64,000 nucleotides of DNA from a virus (lineage: Duplodnaviria > Heunggongvirae > Uroviricota > Caudoviricetes), in IMG/VR virus record IMGVR_UViG_3300008262_003982; one strand, 5' to 3'. This document shows positions 10,620 to 20,705 of this stretch, one piece after another. The notes under the pieces were generated by a model that did no database searches, was not told where the DNA came from, and worked only from the letters and a program-made list of their open reading frames with translations. Both the position numbers and the translations under genes were made by a program. How positions within the stretch are numbered: the first letter of the stretch is position 1; each line of letters opens with the position of its first letter.

Positions 10620-11543
10620 TTGGTTTTGAATATTCAGAAACTACTTGCACAAGATCCCAACAAAGCCGTTCTAAAGGCTATAACGGCCGGTGTAAGATTA
10701 GCATTTATGGCCGGCGACTTGCGAAAATTTGCTAATCATGTTAAAGCCCGCACAATCGAAGAACTCAAAGAATATTGCTATTACAAAAGATTTTTCAATG
10801 GTGGTTTTGCCGCAGGACCTGAATATAACCAGGCGAGCATTTCTGGTGACACTGTGCATTGGAGTAATGGCGGTATCAGAAAATTTCATTCAGATGTTAT
10901 GGGATTACAACATGCTACCGGCAATAGCGGTACAGATCTAATCACTGGCAAGGCCATTGGAAGAATGCATGAGCTAGGGTTGGCCGGTTTATCAGGTGAT
11001 AACTTTGCCAATGAATGGCATTGCGAGCACACATATCCTATTAAACAAATTGAAAAAGATTTAATTCGAGAAGTGATCGAAAACAGCAGGAGAGTCAGCC
11101 CTAAAGACATGGCTAGATATGCAATGAATCATGCTTTAGCAACGACCGTTCATACGTCAGAAAGAACACACGGTGGTCCCACTACTAACGAAAATTTACG
11201 TCCGTTTGAAAAATATAACGACGGAGTGTTACAGTATGTTGACGGAAGATTCATTGACGTAACCAATGCAACAATACAAGAAGTAACCTATAATAGATGG
11301 AATCGTAATTCTTACTACAAGGAATTTATTTGCTTGTTTGAAGATCTTCCTGATTCAAATTTTGAAGATGTTAGGGAAGAAACAAAGCAGAGTCTCTACA
11401 ATATAACTCCTGGTTCGACAGAACGCAAGTTAATCGATTTGACTCCTGAAGCATTAGATGTATTGGCTCAAAATGATCCAATGGAAATTGCAACCAGATG
11501 GTGCCCTGATGCCTTCAAAGATCGTTGGAAAAAGAAGAAGTAA
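10620..11543 (+). CDS. hypothetical protein
   Basis: 307 aa, TTG start with AGGAG SD. Confidence 0.5.
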   Translation: MVLNIQKLLAQDPNKAVLKAITAGVRLAFMAGDLRKFANHVKARTIEELKEYCYYKRFFNGGFAAGPEYNQASISGDTVHWSNGGIRKFHSDVMGLQHATGNSGTDLITGKAIGRMHELGLAGLSGDNFANEWHCEHTYPIKQIEKDLIREVIENSRRVSPKDMARYAMNHALATTVHTSERTHGGPTTNENLRPFEKYNDGVLQYVDGRFIDVTNATIQEVTYNRWNRNSYYKEFICLFEDLPDSNFEDVREETKQSLYNITPGSTERKLIDLTPEALDVLAQNDPMEIATRWCPDAFKDRWKKKK

Positions 11544-11559
11544 CTCTTGCTTTCTCTCT

Positions 11560-11612
11560 CGTGATCCTGTATACTGTTAAATATGTATGCAGGATTTCTT
11601 TATAAGGCAACA
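11560..11612 (+). terminator. putative rho-independent terminator
   Basis: Inverted repeat TCCTGTATAC/GTATGCAGGA followed by a T-rich tract. Confidence 0.35.
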
Positions 11613-11614
11613 AC

Positions 11615-12592
11615 ATGGCACAACTATTTGATATCAACAACAAAAAACTAGTAACAAACCGCATAGGCAGGCAATATTGGATCTGGGACAATGACAAACT
11701 TTATGAACAGCGTATGGCAAGAGAAAACGGTCCATACCAGGCTCGCAATTTGGTAATGAATCGTCGCTTGCTACCTAATGCAAGAACTGTAATTGACATT
11801 GGTGGCAACATTGGCATGAACGCAATTGAATATGCCACCTGGTGCCAACATGTAAAAACCTTTGAGCCCATGCAGTCTAGCATGGAACTAATGAAACTCA
11901 ATGTAGACATTGCAAAAAATGCAAAACTTCAAGGTCGTTATTGGGATAGCAAACTGCAACAAGTAAGACATCAGCCGGATCGTCCAGATGGCTGGTTCAA
12001 GTTCCCCAATGGCACATTTGCCAGTCTTGACTTGATAGGAGAGATTGAGTTTTTTGAATATGCATTAGGTAAAGTCGCTGGAATTATTACCATGGAACAA
12101 AAAACCAACGAGTGCAGTCGCGGTGATGCTGTGTTACTTGATGGCAAAACTACCAACAATCCCACACAGACTGCAGAGCAACGCACACTTGACAGTTTTG
12201 GGTTTGAAAATGTTGATCTTATTAAGATTGATATTGAAGGTTCTGAACTGTTTGCATTAGAAGGTGCAACACAAACCATTGCTAAGTATCAACCCGTGGT
12301 TCAGGTCGAACTGCGAGATACACATTGTAAACGATTTGGGTACACTTGCAATGATATTATCAATCTTATGATGGGGTTAGGTGATTATGTGATGTGTGAT
12401 TTTAACGGCAATGACCTTGGTAAAAGTTATACCAAAGTATCTGGAGTTATGGATCGTTTCTTTGTGCCAAGATCAATTTTTGATGCTACTGAATTTAAAA
12501 ATAAAAAGGTACACCCTGGCATGAAAAAAACTAAGACAGACAAAAAAGCAAACAACAAACATTTATCTAACTTATTTGAGATTACATTATGA
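11615..12592 (+). CDS. FkbM-family SAM-dependent methyltransferase
   Basis: Motif I VIDIGGNIGMN and the FkbM-typical KIDIEGSE. Confidence 0.6.
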   Translation: MAQLFDINNKKLVTNRIGRQYWIWDNDKLYEQRMARENGPYQARNLVMNRRLLPNARTVIDIGGNIGMNAIEYATWCQHVKTFEPMQSSMELMKLNVDIAKNAKLQGRYWDSKLQQVRHQPDRPDGWFKFPNGTFASLDLIGEIEFFEYALGKVAGIITMEQKTNECSRGDAVLLDGKTTNNPTQTAEQRTLDSFGFENVDLIKIDIEGSELFALEGATQTIAKYQPVVQVELRDTHCKRFGYTCNDIINLMMGLGDYVMCDFNGNDLGKSYTKVSGVMDRFFVPRSIFDATEFKNKKVHPGMKKTKTDKKANNKHLSNLFEITL

Positions 12593-13122
12593 ATAGACCC
12601 GGACACGAAGATACCAATTTCTTTGTAGGTACAGAAGTTGAGGCCAGTCCTGTAGCCGGTCACCGTACATTGTTTGTGGTCGGACTGCAAGATGCAGATC
12701 AAATCATGTGGCAACTGGGTGAGTCAGACCACAAGAGTAAAAATCCAATCACACACATCTACTTTGGCGCCAATCAAAGTTTTCCAAACCCCACTATGAA
12801 CGATGCTGGAGTCTGGACTGCCTGGGAACAGATGATTCAACCGTGGCTGGATCGAGGATACTGGTGTACCTTGGATCTTGATTCAAGTGCTGTGGAAGGA
12901 TTGTGCGAAGGTAGCTTGTGCGAACAAGCACAATTTGTTCCTATGATTTCAGTGAAACTGCCTTATATTAAACTGCTAGGCTACAATGCCACTATCAAGC
13001 TAGACGACAAAGATTTCAAAGCAACCAACCCAGGAGTATGGTGTCACAGCCTGCATGACTTGCTGGATAGAAAAACATTTACCTCTTGGGACCAATACAC
13101 AAAGGATGAAGTAATCAAATGA
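12589..13122 (+). CDS. hypothetical protein
   Basis: 177 aa ORF with an ATGA overlap. Confidence 0.5.
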   Translation: MNRPGHEDTNFFVGTEVEASPVAGHRTLFVVGLQDADQIMWQLGESDHKSKNPITHIYFGANQSFPNPTMNDAGVWTAWEQMIQPWLDRGYWCTLDLDSSAVEGLCEGSLCEQAQFVPMISVKLPYIKLLGYNATIKLDDKDFKATNPGVWCHSLHDLLDRKTFTSWDQYTKDEVIK

Positions 13123-13562
13123 TACAAGATGAACGTGAACAAATTGAAAGAATCAAATATGCCGCACAAAGAAGAATCTGGGTTACCTTCCAAAAAGAAG
13201 GCATCCACTTCTACCCCGCAGCCGCAACAGATCCAGCCCTTAAGACGGGCGATGAGTATGATGTTAGTTTCCTTGGTACTCCTCACCGTCATATCTTCCA
13301 CTTCCGGGTGTGGATTGATGTTGTACACAATGATCGAGACATTGAATTCATCCAGTTCAAACGATGGCTACAAAAACTCTACGAGTCAGGAACCGTCCAA
13401 CTCGACTACAAGTCATGTGAAATGATGTCAGACGATTTGTATTTGCAAATTGCCGCACGGTATCCAGAACGCTCAGTCTGGATTGAGGTCTCCGAAGATG
13501 GTGAAAACGGAGCTCTTATTAAGTATGAAACTCACCGCCCTAGTATTAACATTGCTATCTAA
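13119..13562 (+). CDS. hypothetical protein
   Basis: 147 aa ORF with an ATGA overlap. Confidence 0.5.
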   Translation: MIQDEREQIERIKYAAQRRIWVTFQKEGIHFYPAAATDPALKTGDEYDVSFLGTPHRHIFHFRVWIDVVHNDRDIEFIQFKRWLQKLYESGTVQLDYKSCEMMSDDLYLQIAARYPERSVWIEVSEDGENGALIKYETHRPSINIAI

Positions 13563-13573
13563 TAGGAAACAAA

Positions 13574-13801
13574 ATGGCAAAAATCGCTATTAAATCTAAC
13601 CCACGTGTGGCCGAGCTCTTTGAGCATCTTGAGCACTTCCAGGAGTTCTGCCAAGACTACGGTTATCGTTACAACGAAGCCGATTTGTATAACTTTAAGA
13701 GTTATGCCTGGCAGCAGTTCAACAAGTTTTCACAAGGCAAGAATGCCAAGAACATGTGGGACGAAGACACTCGTCGCTTTGCCGGAGCATTTCGTAACTA
13801 A
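13574..13801 (+). CDS. hypothetical small protein
   Basis: 75 aa ORF with an SD-like GGAAACAAAATG. Confidence 0.45.
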   Translation: MAKIAIKSNPRVAELFEHLEHFQEFCQDYGYRYNEADLYNFKSYAWQQFNKFSQGKNAKNMWDEDTRRFAGAFRN

Positions 13802-13808
13802 GTGGCTG

Positions 13809-14516
13809 ATGAAAAAATTTACATACACTGGACCAAGTTGGGCGGCATCTAGTTGGCCGCTGGATGTACCAACAACTAATCTTGCCAAGGAATGGGGGTT
13901 TGAGTTCTATGACCATGCTCAATCTGGAACTAGTGTGTTGGGAAGTTATATTAGATTGGTACGATCGCCTAATGTACCTGTAATTTGGATCTATAATGAA
14001 CCTATTTTGTGTTTACAAGATGCAACTAAGTTAACTTTCAAAGAATTTATTCAGCGTTCAGACTGGAAAGATATTTGGGAAGAATGCAATCAATTTTGTC
14101 TGAACAAAATCAACAGTTTAAATAAACCTGTGTTGTTAATTGGAGCACACAGTGACATTGTTAATTGCAATTATCCAAACATTACTATAGGACATCTTTC
14201 CTGGCAAAAATTTCTAGCAGACAAAGCCGGAATGACTATTAATAATGGGTCGGTTTGTGTTATACTAAACGATGGCACAGAATTTGATATGCATCATTGT
14301 TGGGGTGCTGAAGTTATACACAGGTTCATGCACGAAACCCCTAACATCGATCCAGAACCAAGTTTGGTAGACAGTGTGTGGGACACATTCTTTTTTTGGA
14401 AACAACTTGAAACACAAGATTTGTTCAACAATGTTCATCCAAACTTCAAAGGCAATGTACTGTTTGCAGAACATTTAAAACCCACAGTGATAAAATTTTT
14501 ACAGGAACATCAATGA
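13809..14516 (+). CDS. hypothetical protein (possible SGNH-like hydrolase paralogue)
   Basis: Internal ATG at 13809 right after the upstream stop. 236 aa. Confidence 0.4.
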   Translation: MKKFTYTGPSWAASSWPLDVPTTNLAKEWGFEFYDHAQSGTSVLGSYIRLVRSPNVPVIWIYNEPILCLQDATKLTFKEFIQRSDWKDIWEECNQFCLNKINSLNKPVLLIGAHSDIVNCNYPNITIGHLSWQKFLADKAGMTINNGSVCVILNDGTEFDMHHCWGAEVIHRFMHETPNIDPEPSLVDSVWDTFFFWKQLETQDLFNNVHPNFKGNVLFAEHLKPTVIKFLQEHQ

Positions 14517-15727
14517 GAAAACTATTTTACATGGGCTTGGAAAGTTATGAAGCCCGCTACACACTACAACTCACAGAGTGGAATCGACGTGTGTTTGACC
14601 GCAGAGGTCTTGATGTTGTGTATGTGCCTGGCACTACAATTGACAACACACAAGCTATCTCAGTAGGTCAAGTGTTAGACGCACACGGACGCAGTTTCTT
14701 TGCCATGAGCCAAATGATGAACTTGGTTCAGCTCATGAAGAACGGCGATGTTACCGGTGACGATGTGATCTACTTTGAAGACATGTTCCAGCCGGGCTTT
14801 GAAAGCCTTGGTTACATCATGAATCAGATTCCACAAGAACAATGTCCAAAGATTTATGTTCGTTGTTTGGCACAGGCCATTGATCCTGATGACTTTGTGC
14901 ATGTGTGGGGTATGGCAAAGTGGATGAACTTGTATGAACAAATGGTCAATGAGATGGTGGCTTTCTCGGGGGGTGCAGTATTGGCTACCAATGAAGAAAT
15001 GGTCGCGCACATGCGCATCGCTGGATGGACTGCTCCAATCTACAACATTTCCGGTCTGGCATTTGGAAAATCAGAGGTTCTGGAAAGAATTGGCGGTACA
15101 GAGAATATCACGCCGTTTGCTGAAAGACCGAGACGAGTGGGTTTTGCAGCCCGTTTCGATCAGGAAAAACAACCTGGATTCTTCATGGACCTTATTGAGA
15201 TGTATGGTGAGCTTACCTCCGAACCGTGTGAGTTTGCAATATACAGTGGCGGACCTCTCCGATCCAACAATCCAGACTATATTGAACGTGCCCTCCGTAT
15301 GGAGGCAGAAGGCAAGCTCAAGATCTACGACAATATAAGCAAGAATGAATACTATAGTCATCTCAACAATACTCGTGTGTTGTTTAATTGTGCTTTACAA
15401 GATTGGGTTTCAAACACCGTATCAGAGGCCGATACTGTTGGATGCAATGTGCTATATCCAGCGTATCGCAGTTTTCCTGAAACCTTCGCGAACGATCCCA
15501 ATAGACTGTATATTCCCTGGAGCATAGATGATGCTTATCACAAAATGCAAAACCTACTTCGCGAGCCGCACCACAACATGGGACTTATTTCAGATTGGAA
15601 CAATGCCACTGTGGATCGCGTTATTGATATTATTAGTGGTAGCGGTGAGCAATGGAATAGAGCGGGCAACCGCTATCGTGACCACGCTTCTCACGAAAAA
15701 TATCAAGTTGTAAAGATTGAAAAATGA
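14513..15727 (+). CDS. hypothetical protein (possible glycosyltransferase)
   Basis: 404 aa ORF in the sugar-enzyme block. No firm motif. Confidence 0.4.
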   Translation: MRKLFYMGLESYEARYTLQLTEWNRRVFDRRGLDVVYVPGTTIDNTQAISVGQVLDAHGRSFFAMSQMMNLVQLMKNGDVTGDDVIYFEDMFQPGFESLGYIMNQIPQEQCPKIYVRCLAQAIDPDDFVHVWGMAKWMNLYEQMVNEMVAFSGGAVLATNEEMVAHMRIAGWTAPIYNISGLAFGKSEVLERIGGTENITPFAERPRRVGFAARFDQEKQPGFFMDLIEMYGELTSEPCEFAIYSGGPLRSNNPDYIERALRMEAEGKLKIYDNISKNEYYSHLNNTRVLFNCALQDWVSNTVSEADTVGCNVLYPAYRSFPETFANDPNRLYIPWSIDDAYHKMQNLLREPHHNMGLISDWNNATVDRVIDIISGSGEQWNRAGNRYRDHASHEKYQVVKIEK

Positions 15728-16686
15728 TTGTAATTGTAACTGGATCAGCCGGGTACATTGGTGGTCAGACCATGCTGGCATTGAAAGATGCCGGGCATGA
15801 AGTATACGGCATTGATCGCAGACAGCCTCCTGAACATCTTAGAGGTGTGCCCGATGGATTCTTGTATCAGGACTTTGCAAGTGATGTAGCACTGAGTTGG
15901 ATCATACAAAAGCAACCCAATGCTATCATTCATTGTGCTGGCACCAGCCTTGTGGGGCCTTCAGTACAGAACCCTTCAGAATACTACAACAACAATGTGG
16001 CCAAAACATTGAAGTTGTTGGATATTGTTAAACAAAGCATGCCTCGTTGTAGATTGGTGTTTTCAAGTTCAGCAGCCACATACGGTGAGCCCGTCATGAA
16101 TCCCATACATGAAGTGGATCCCAACGAACCTGTTAGTCCTTATGGCGAATCTAAACTGATGATTGACATGATGCTGGAAAGCTATCACCGGGCATACGGT
16201 CTTGACTATGTTAGTTTTCGCTATTTCAATGCATGTGGTGCAGACCCCAAAGGCAGGCATGGTCAAGAGCCTGGTGCCACACATATTATTGCTAGAGTGC
16301 TTGAAAGCATAAGGGATCAAAAAGATTTTGTGTTAAACGGAAACGATTTCCCCACTGAGGATGGTACATGTGTGCGTGATTACGTGCATGTGGATGATAT
16401 TGCCCGGGCCCACGTTCTGGCGTTATATCACAAAATCCCTGCGGGCGTTTACAATCTTGGCTCCAGCATGGGCACAAGCAATCACGGCATTATTGAAGCC
16501 GCACTTGATGAAACACAACAACCATTGAATGTTGTTGTTGGCAAGCGTAGAGCCGGTGACCCTCCTGTACTTACTGCCAGTTCAGAAAAGTTTAATTTGA
16601 TAGCAGGAGCATGGCGTCATTATGAGCTAGATGACATGATTCAACACGCATGGAACTGGTATGTTCGACAAGATAAAAAAGTTTGA
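15724..16686 (+). CDS. galE: NAD-dependent epimerase/dehydratase (UDP-glucose 4-epimerase-like)
   Basis: N-terminal Rossmann motif VTGSAGYIGG and the catalytic YGESK (YxxxK). Confidence 0.75.
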   Translation: MIVIVTGSAGYIGGQTMLALKDAGHEVYGIDRRQPPEHLRGVPDGFLYQDFASDVALSWIIQKQPNAIIHCAGTSLVGPSVQNPSEYYNNNVAKTLKLLDIVKQSMPRCRLVFSSSAATYGEPVMNPIHEVDPNEPVSPYGESKLMIDMMLESYHRAYGLDYVSFRYFNACGADPKGRHGQEPGATHIIARVLESIRDQKDFVLNGNDFPTEDGTCVRDYVHVDDIARAHVLALYHKIPAGVYNLGSSMGTSNHGIIEAALDETQQPLNVVVGKRRAGDPPVLTASSEKFNLIAGAWRHYELDDMIQHAWNWYVRQDKKV

Positions 16687-17257
16687 AGAAGAACTAGCAG
16701 AGTTCACAGGAGCACCGTATGCAATCATGACTGATTGCTGTACACATGCCATTGAACTTTGCTTGCGATATGATCGAGTACGAGCTTGTAAGTTTACACC
16801 TTACACTTATTTGAGCATTCCTATGACCATGCACAAGTTAGGCATTCACTATGTCTATCACGATATTGACTGGCAGCATTGGGAAGGCGAGTATGAATTC
16901 ACTTACACTAGAATTTGGGACTCAGCTCGCAGATTGGAACAGGATATGTATCGGCCAGGCACCATGCAGTGTTTGAGTTTTGGACATACAAAGCCATTGG
17001 CTATTGGGCATGGTGGTGCTATATTGTTGGATGATAAAAAAGCATATGAAACCATATTGCGCCAACGCTATGATGGCAGAGACTTGACTGTGGCACCTTG
17101 GCAGGACCAAAAGACATTTCATGTGGGCTATCACTACAAGCCCAGTATTGAAGATGCCATTCAAGGTGTGGCATTGCTACAAGGTGTCAAGGAACACAAT
17201 CCTAAACCTGTGTATGTGCCATATCCTGATCTAAGAAATATCAAGATTGTTGAATGA
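16661..17257 (+). CDS. DegT/DnrJ/EryC1-like N-terminal domain protein (truncated aminotransferase-like)
   Basis: FEEELAEFTGAPYAIMTDCCTHAIELCL resembles the N-terminal segment of DegT-family sugar aminotransferases. Only 198 aa. Confidence 0.3.
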   Translation: MFDKIKKFEEELAEFTGAPYAIMTDCCTHAIELCLRYDRVRACKFTPYTYLSIPMTMHKLGIHYVYHDIDWQHWEGEYEFTYTRIWDSARRLEQDMYRPGTMQCLSFGHTKPLAIGHGGAILLDDKKAYETILRQRYDGRDLTVAPWQDQKTFHVGYHYKPSIEDAIQGVALLQGVKEHNPKPVYVPYPDLRNIKIVE

Positions 17258-18255
17258 AGTGGTTTAGTTTTTCAAGACGCAATCTTGTGCATTATGGTGC
17301 ATTGCACATGGCACAATGGTATCTTGATAACCCTGGTCCTAGAGTAGAACAAGATTTAGCAACCAGCGGAATGTCACGAGCCGACTTGCACGGCAAAAAA
17401 CTCATAGTAGATTTTAGAGCCGAAGGCCAGTGTGACAAAGTGATCGGCAATCTAATTACGTATTTGCAAACACTACCAGTTGAAGATATCCTGGTGGTAT
17501 TCAACGCTGTGGTTGACGTTGATGGCCTTTCGTACAAAGCACTGTCGCAACCTACTTTTCTAACAAATTTTGCCGGTTGGTTTGATCGTCTTGATGCGTC
17601 TGGTGCCGCTACTGGCATTGACACAAAGTTTTTGTGTTTGATTCGTAGGCCCAGTATAAGTCGTGCTAGACTTGCTGCTGGGTTGACGGACATCTCTAGT
17701 GTCAGACTCAGCTTTGGTAGCATGGGTGCCAATAACATTACCAACGAATACCGAGAAATTATACCAAGAGAATTGCCGCTGTTGTTGGATGGGATTGTGG
17801 AACGATCAACTGGGCTAGAACATGACCAAACCAACAGCATGTTCAAAACCTGCATGTTCAATATTGTTGCAGAGTCTGGCAGTCAGTCTGATGTTGGCGT
17901 GTGGCGCAGTCATTTTATCAGTGAAAAAACATTCAAGGCATTTGGCTTGAGACAAATTCCAATTTGGTTTGCAGTTCCTGGTCTGGTTGCTGAAGTGCGT
18001 AAACTGGGGTTTGATGTGTTTGATGACATTGTCACACACAGTTATGACAACATCACAGATGAAGATCAGAGATTACATGCTGTGCTGAAAGAAATACACA
18101 GGCTAGATCAATTGACTGTGGGACAATGTTGTGAGTTAAAACAACAGTTGTCCACACGCATTGAAAACAACTATAATCTGTTGAGAGAATATGCACGAGA
18201 CGTAGATGCTTGGTACAGCCGCGTGGAAACAGAGTTTGATAAGAATGATTCATAG
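17254..18255 (+). CDS. hypothetical protein, member of a 3-gene paralogue family (C-terminal LGFDxFDDxVxHSYD motif)
   Basis: C-terminal similarity to 32939..33898(-) and 36086..37201(-). Confidence 0.5.
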   Translation: MKWFSFSRRNLVHYGALHMAQWYLDNPGPRVEQDLATSGMSRADLHGKKLIVDFRAEGQCDKVIGNLITYLQTLPVEDILVVFNAVVDVDGLSYKALSQPTFLTNFAGWFDRLDASGAATGIDTKFLCLIRRPSISRARLAAGLTDISSVRLSFGSMGANNITNEYREIIPRELPLLLDGIVERSTGLEHDQTNSMFKTCMFNIVAESGSQSDVGVWRSHFISEKTFKAFGLRQIPIWFAVPGLVAEVRKLGFDVFDDIVTHSYDNITDEDQRLHAVLKEIHRLDQLTVGQCCELKQQLSTRIENNYNLLREYARDVDAWYSRVETEFDKNDS

Positions 18256-18916
18256 ACTTGCTATTTTAGGAGACAGTTGGGCATATGGTGCAGAACTTGA
18301 GCCAGGCGAAAAATCATTTGGCCAGATCATTGGTGACCGTTTGAATGTGACCAGTGTGGATAATGTTGCAGTACCTGGATCCAGCATTCCTCACACAGTG
18401 TTGCAACTCAAAGGCTTTTTAGACAAGTACCGCACTGAAAGAGAAAATCCAGACAATAGGTACACTGTATTGGTGTTTTTGACTTCTCAACAACGTCACA
18501 TGACCTGGCATGATCGGCTGGTACATTTGCAACCCAACGGAGTGGCTGTGCCCAATGCCAATCCCACAGAACACAATCTAAACGAATTGTATTACAAGTA
18601 TTTTTCTAGCGATGCCGCACACGATTATGCTGTGAACACTGCTATCTTGACTGTGCAAGGAATTTGCAGAGAAGCCAGGGTAAATGCACTATTTGTTGCT
18701 GGCTGGCAAAAGATAAAATTTTGGTCTGAAGTAGACACTAGATACATGTATGAGAATGGCAAGGTAACTTGTGCTGACATACTGGGAGTGAAATTTACCA
18801 GTATGGAACGAGGACATGAATTGTTTAGCAGTAGTGGTGGCCATCCCAATCAACTGGGCCATCAAGTTATAGCAGATAGGTTAATTAGATGGGTCACAAA
18901 TCAATTAATCTATTGA
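18245..18916 (+). CDS. SGNH/GDSL-like hydrolase
   Basis: N-terminal LAILGDSWAYG (GDS block I). Confidence 0.45.
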   Translation: MIHRLAILGDSWAYGAELEPGEKSFGQIIGDRLNVTSVDNVAVPGSSIPHTVLQLKGFLDKYRTERENPDNRYTVLVFLTSQQRHMTWHDRLVHLQPNGVAVPNANPTEHNLNELYYKYFSSDAAHDYAVNTAILTVQGICREARVNALFVAGWQKIKFWSEVDTRYMYENGKVTCADILGVKFTSMERGHELFSSSGGHPNQLGHQVIADRLIRWVTNQLIY

Positions 18917-18983
18917 CAAGTCAATCTAAATAGTTTACAATTAACACATAGACATCCACGTCTTATAACTCGGAGAATAACAA

Positions 18984-19676
18984 TTGGAAAAAAATCTATC
19001 ACAAGTCCTTCGCGAACGCATGAAGGCAGACGGCAAGAGATTCTGGGCTGGTGACAACATCAGTGATTATGTTGCTGAGTCAGATCGTGAACATTTGATT
19101 ATGGAGGCCACTCAAGCATTTGAACAAGTTCTCGATACACTACTAATTGACAGGGAAAATGATCCTAACTCACAAGGCACGGCGCAACGCCTTGCAAAAA
19201 TGTACTTCAATGAAATTATGGCTGGTCGCTATGAGACGAGCCCTAATGCTACGGCTTTCCCAAACGATACGGACGGAGCATACGAAGGTATGCTTGTGGT
19301 GCGTTCAGAGCTTAAGAGCATGTGTTCGCATCATCACCAGCCTGTTACGGGTGTGGCTTATATTGGAATCATTGCTGGCCCCAAACTTATTGGTCTATCC
19401 AAGTATACCAGGATTGCGCAATGGTGTGCCCGTCGAGGCACTCTCCAAGAAGAGCTATGTATGGATATTGCTCGCGAAATTGAATTCGCGACCGGGTCCA
19501 AGGATGTTGCAGTTTATATACAAGCTACCCATGGTTGTTGTGAGAATCGCGGTATCATGGCTCACTCTAGTCTCACCCAAACAACAGTTTTACACGGTGC
19601 GTTTAAATCAGACCAAAGTGTAAAAAAAGAATTCTTTGACAACATCAAACTACAACAGGACTTTGCACCACGATGA
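18984..19676 (+). CDS. folE: GTP cyclohydrolase I
   Basis: CSHHHQP...VAYIG, GLSKYTRIAQW and HGCCENRGI match the FolE active-site blocks. Confidence 0.8.
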   Translation: MEKNLSQVLRERMKADGKRFWAGDNISDYVAESDREHLIMEATQAFEQVLDTLLIDRENDPNSQGTAQRLAKMYFNEIMAGRYETSPNATAFPNDTDGAYEGMLVVRSELKSMCSHHHQPVTGVAYIGIIAGPKLIGLSKYTRIAQWCARRGTLQEELCMDIAREIEFATGSKDVAVYIQATHGCCENRGIMAHSSLTQTTVLHGAFKSDQSVKKEFFDNIKLQQDFAPR

Positions 19677-20083
19677 TATTTTTTCATGCATTACGAGATG
19701 ATCTGATGGTTCAACAACAAATCTCTAACTCATGGGAACACATGGTTGGAGTGATCATGTTGAATCAAACAGGCCGCAAATCTGTAAAAACAACCTTGCC
19801 AGAATTTTTATACTGGTTCCCAACGCCGGAAGCATTGATCGCAGCCGATGAAGATTTTGTAAAAAGCATTATTGCACCATTAGGTATGGCTAATGTAAGA
19901 TACACCAGATTGAAAAAAATGAGTCAAGACTACATGACTTGGAATGGTGATGATGCTACCGATTTGTACGGCATTGGCAAATACGGCAGTGATAGTTATG
20001 AAATTTTTTTCAAGAAGAACTATACTGTAGAACCCAATGACAAAGAACTCAAACGATATCTCAAAGAGGAAGTTTGCGTATGA
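19673..20083 (+). CDS. hypothetical protein with weak HhH-GPD (DNA glycosylase-like) resemblance
   Basis: IMLNQT...LYGIGKYGSDSYEIF is reminiscent of the Nth-like helix-hairpin-helix. Confidence 0.3.
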   Translation: MIFFHALRDDLMVQQQISNSWEHMVGVIMLNQTGRKSVKTTLPEFLYWFPTPEALIAADEDFVKSIIAPLGMANVRYTRLKKMSQDYMTWNGDDATDLYGIGKYGSDSYEIFFKKNYTVEPNDKELKRYLKEEVCV

Positions 20084-20190
20084 TAATTATTACTAATTAT
20101 ACTGGCAACATTCAATTTCCAGTTGAAGAAGGATTGTTGGAATGGTTGCAAGCGAACTATCCCTACTCACAATACCATTTGGAGGAGATC
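20080..20190 (+). CDS. hypothetical small protein (36 aa)
   Basis: ATGA-coupled to the upstream gene. Ends just before the GGAGGAG SD of the next gene. Confidence 0.3.
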
Positions 20191-20193
20191 TAA

Positions 20194-20532
20194 ATGGCCG
20201 GACGAAAACCAATGGTGTCCAAAGCAGAACTATTAGCTCTTGAAGAGTTAAAACTGGAATTTGAAGCACTAACTACATTTACTACAGAGGAAAATCAAAT
20301 GGCAAAATCAAAAGCAAAAACAAAGACTGAAGGGTCTGTAAAAAAACTCAGCGACAAGCTGGTCAAAGTTAACGAAAACTTTAGCATCAACATGTATGAC
20401 AATGGCTACATGATTGAAGTAAGCGGTAGGGACGATGAAGACAACTGGAAAACTTCCAAGATCATCGTTGACACTGTAGACGAACTGTTGGTGTTGGTTC
20501 GTGAAGCAACTGAAATTGAAAGGGCAGAATAA
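20194..20532 (+). CDS. hypothetical protein
   Basis: 112 aa ORF with a strong GGAGGAG SD. Confidence 0.55.
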   Translation: MAGRKPMVSKAELLALEELKLEFEALTTFTTEENQMAKSKAKTKTEGSVKKLSDKLVKVNENFSINMYDNGYMIEVSGRDDEDNWKTSKIIVDTVDELLVLVREATEIERAE

Positions 20533-20705
20533 TGGCTAAGAAAATCACTCCTTATGAACAAGCGCCTTATCAACAAGGCTATGAGCAGGCCAAGGCCGGC
20601 GAAAAATGCCTCAACCCCTATTTGAAACTGGAAGATGCCGAAGCAGATGCTGACGACTTCCAACGTGGATATGACAATGCTATTGAGGCCTTGGATCAAG
20701 AGTGA
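20532..20705 (+). CDS. hypothetical small protein (57 aa)
   Basis: TAATG overlap with the upstream gene. Its stop overlaps the GTG start of the next gene. Confidence 0.4.
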   Translation: MAKKITPYEQAPYQQGYEQAKAGEKCLNPYLKLEDAEADADDFQRGYDNAIEALDQE

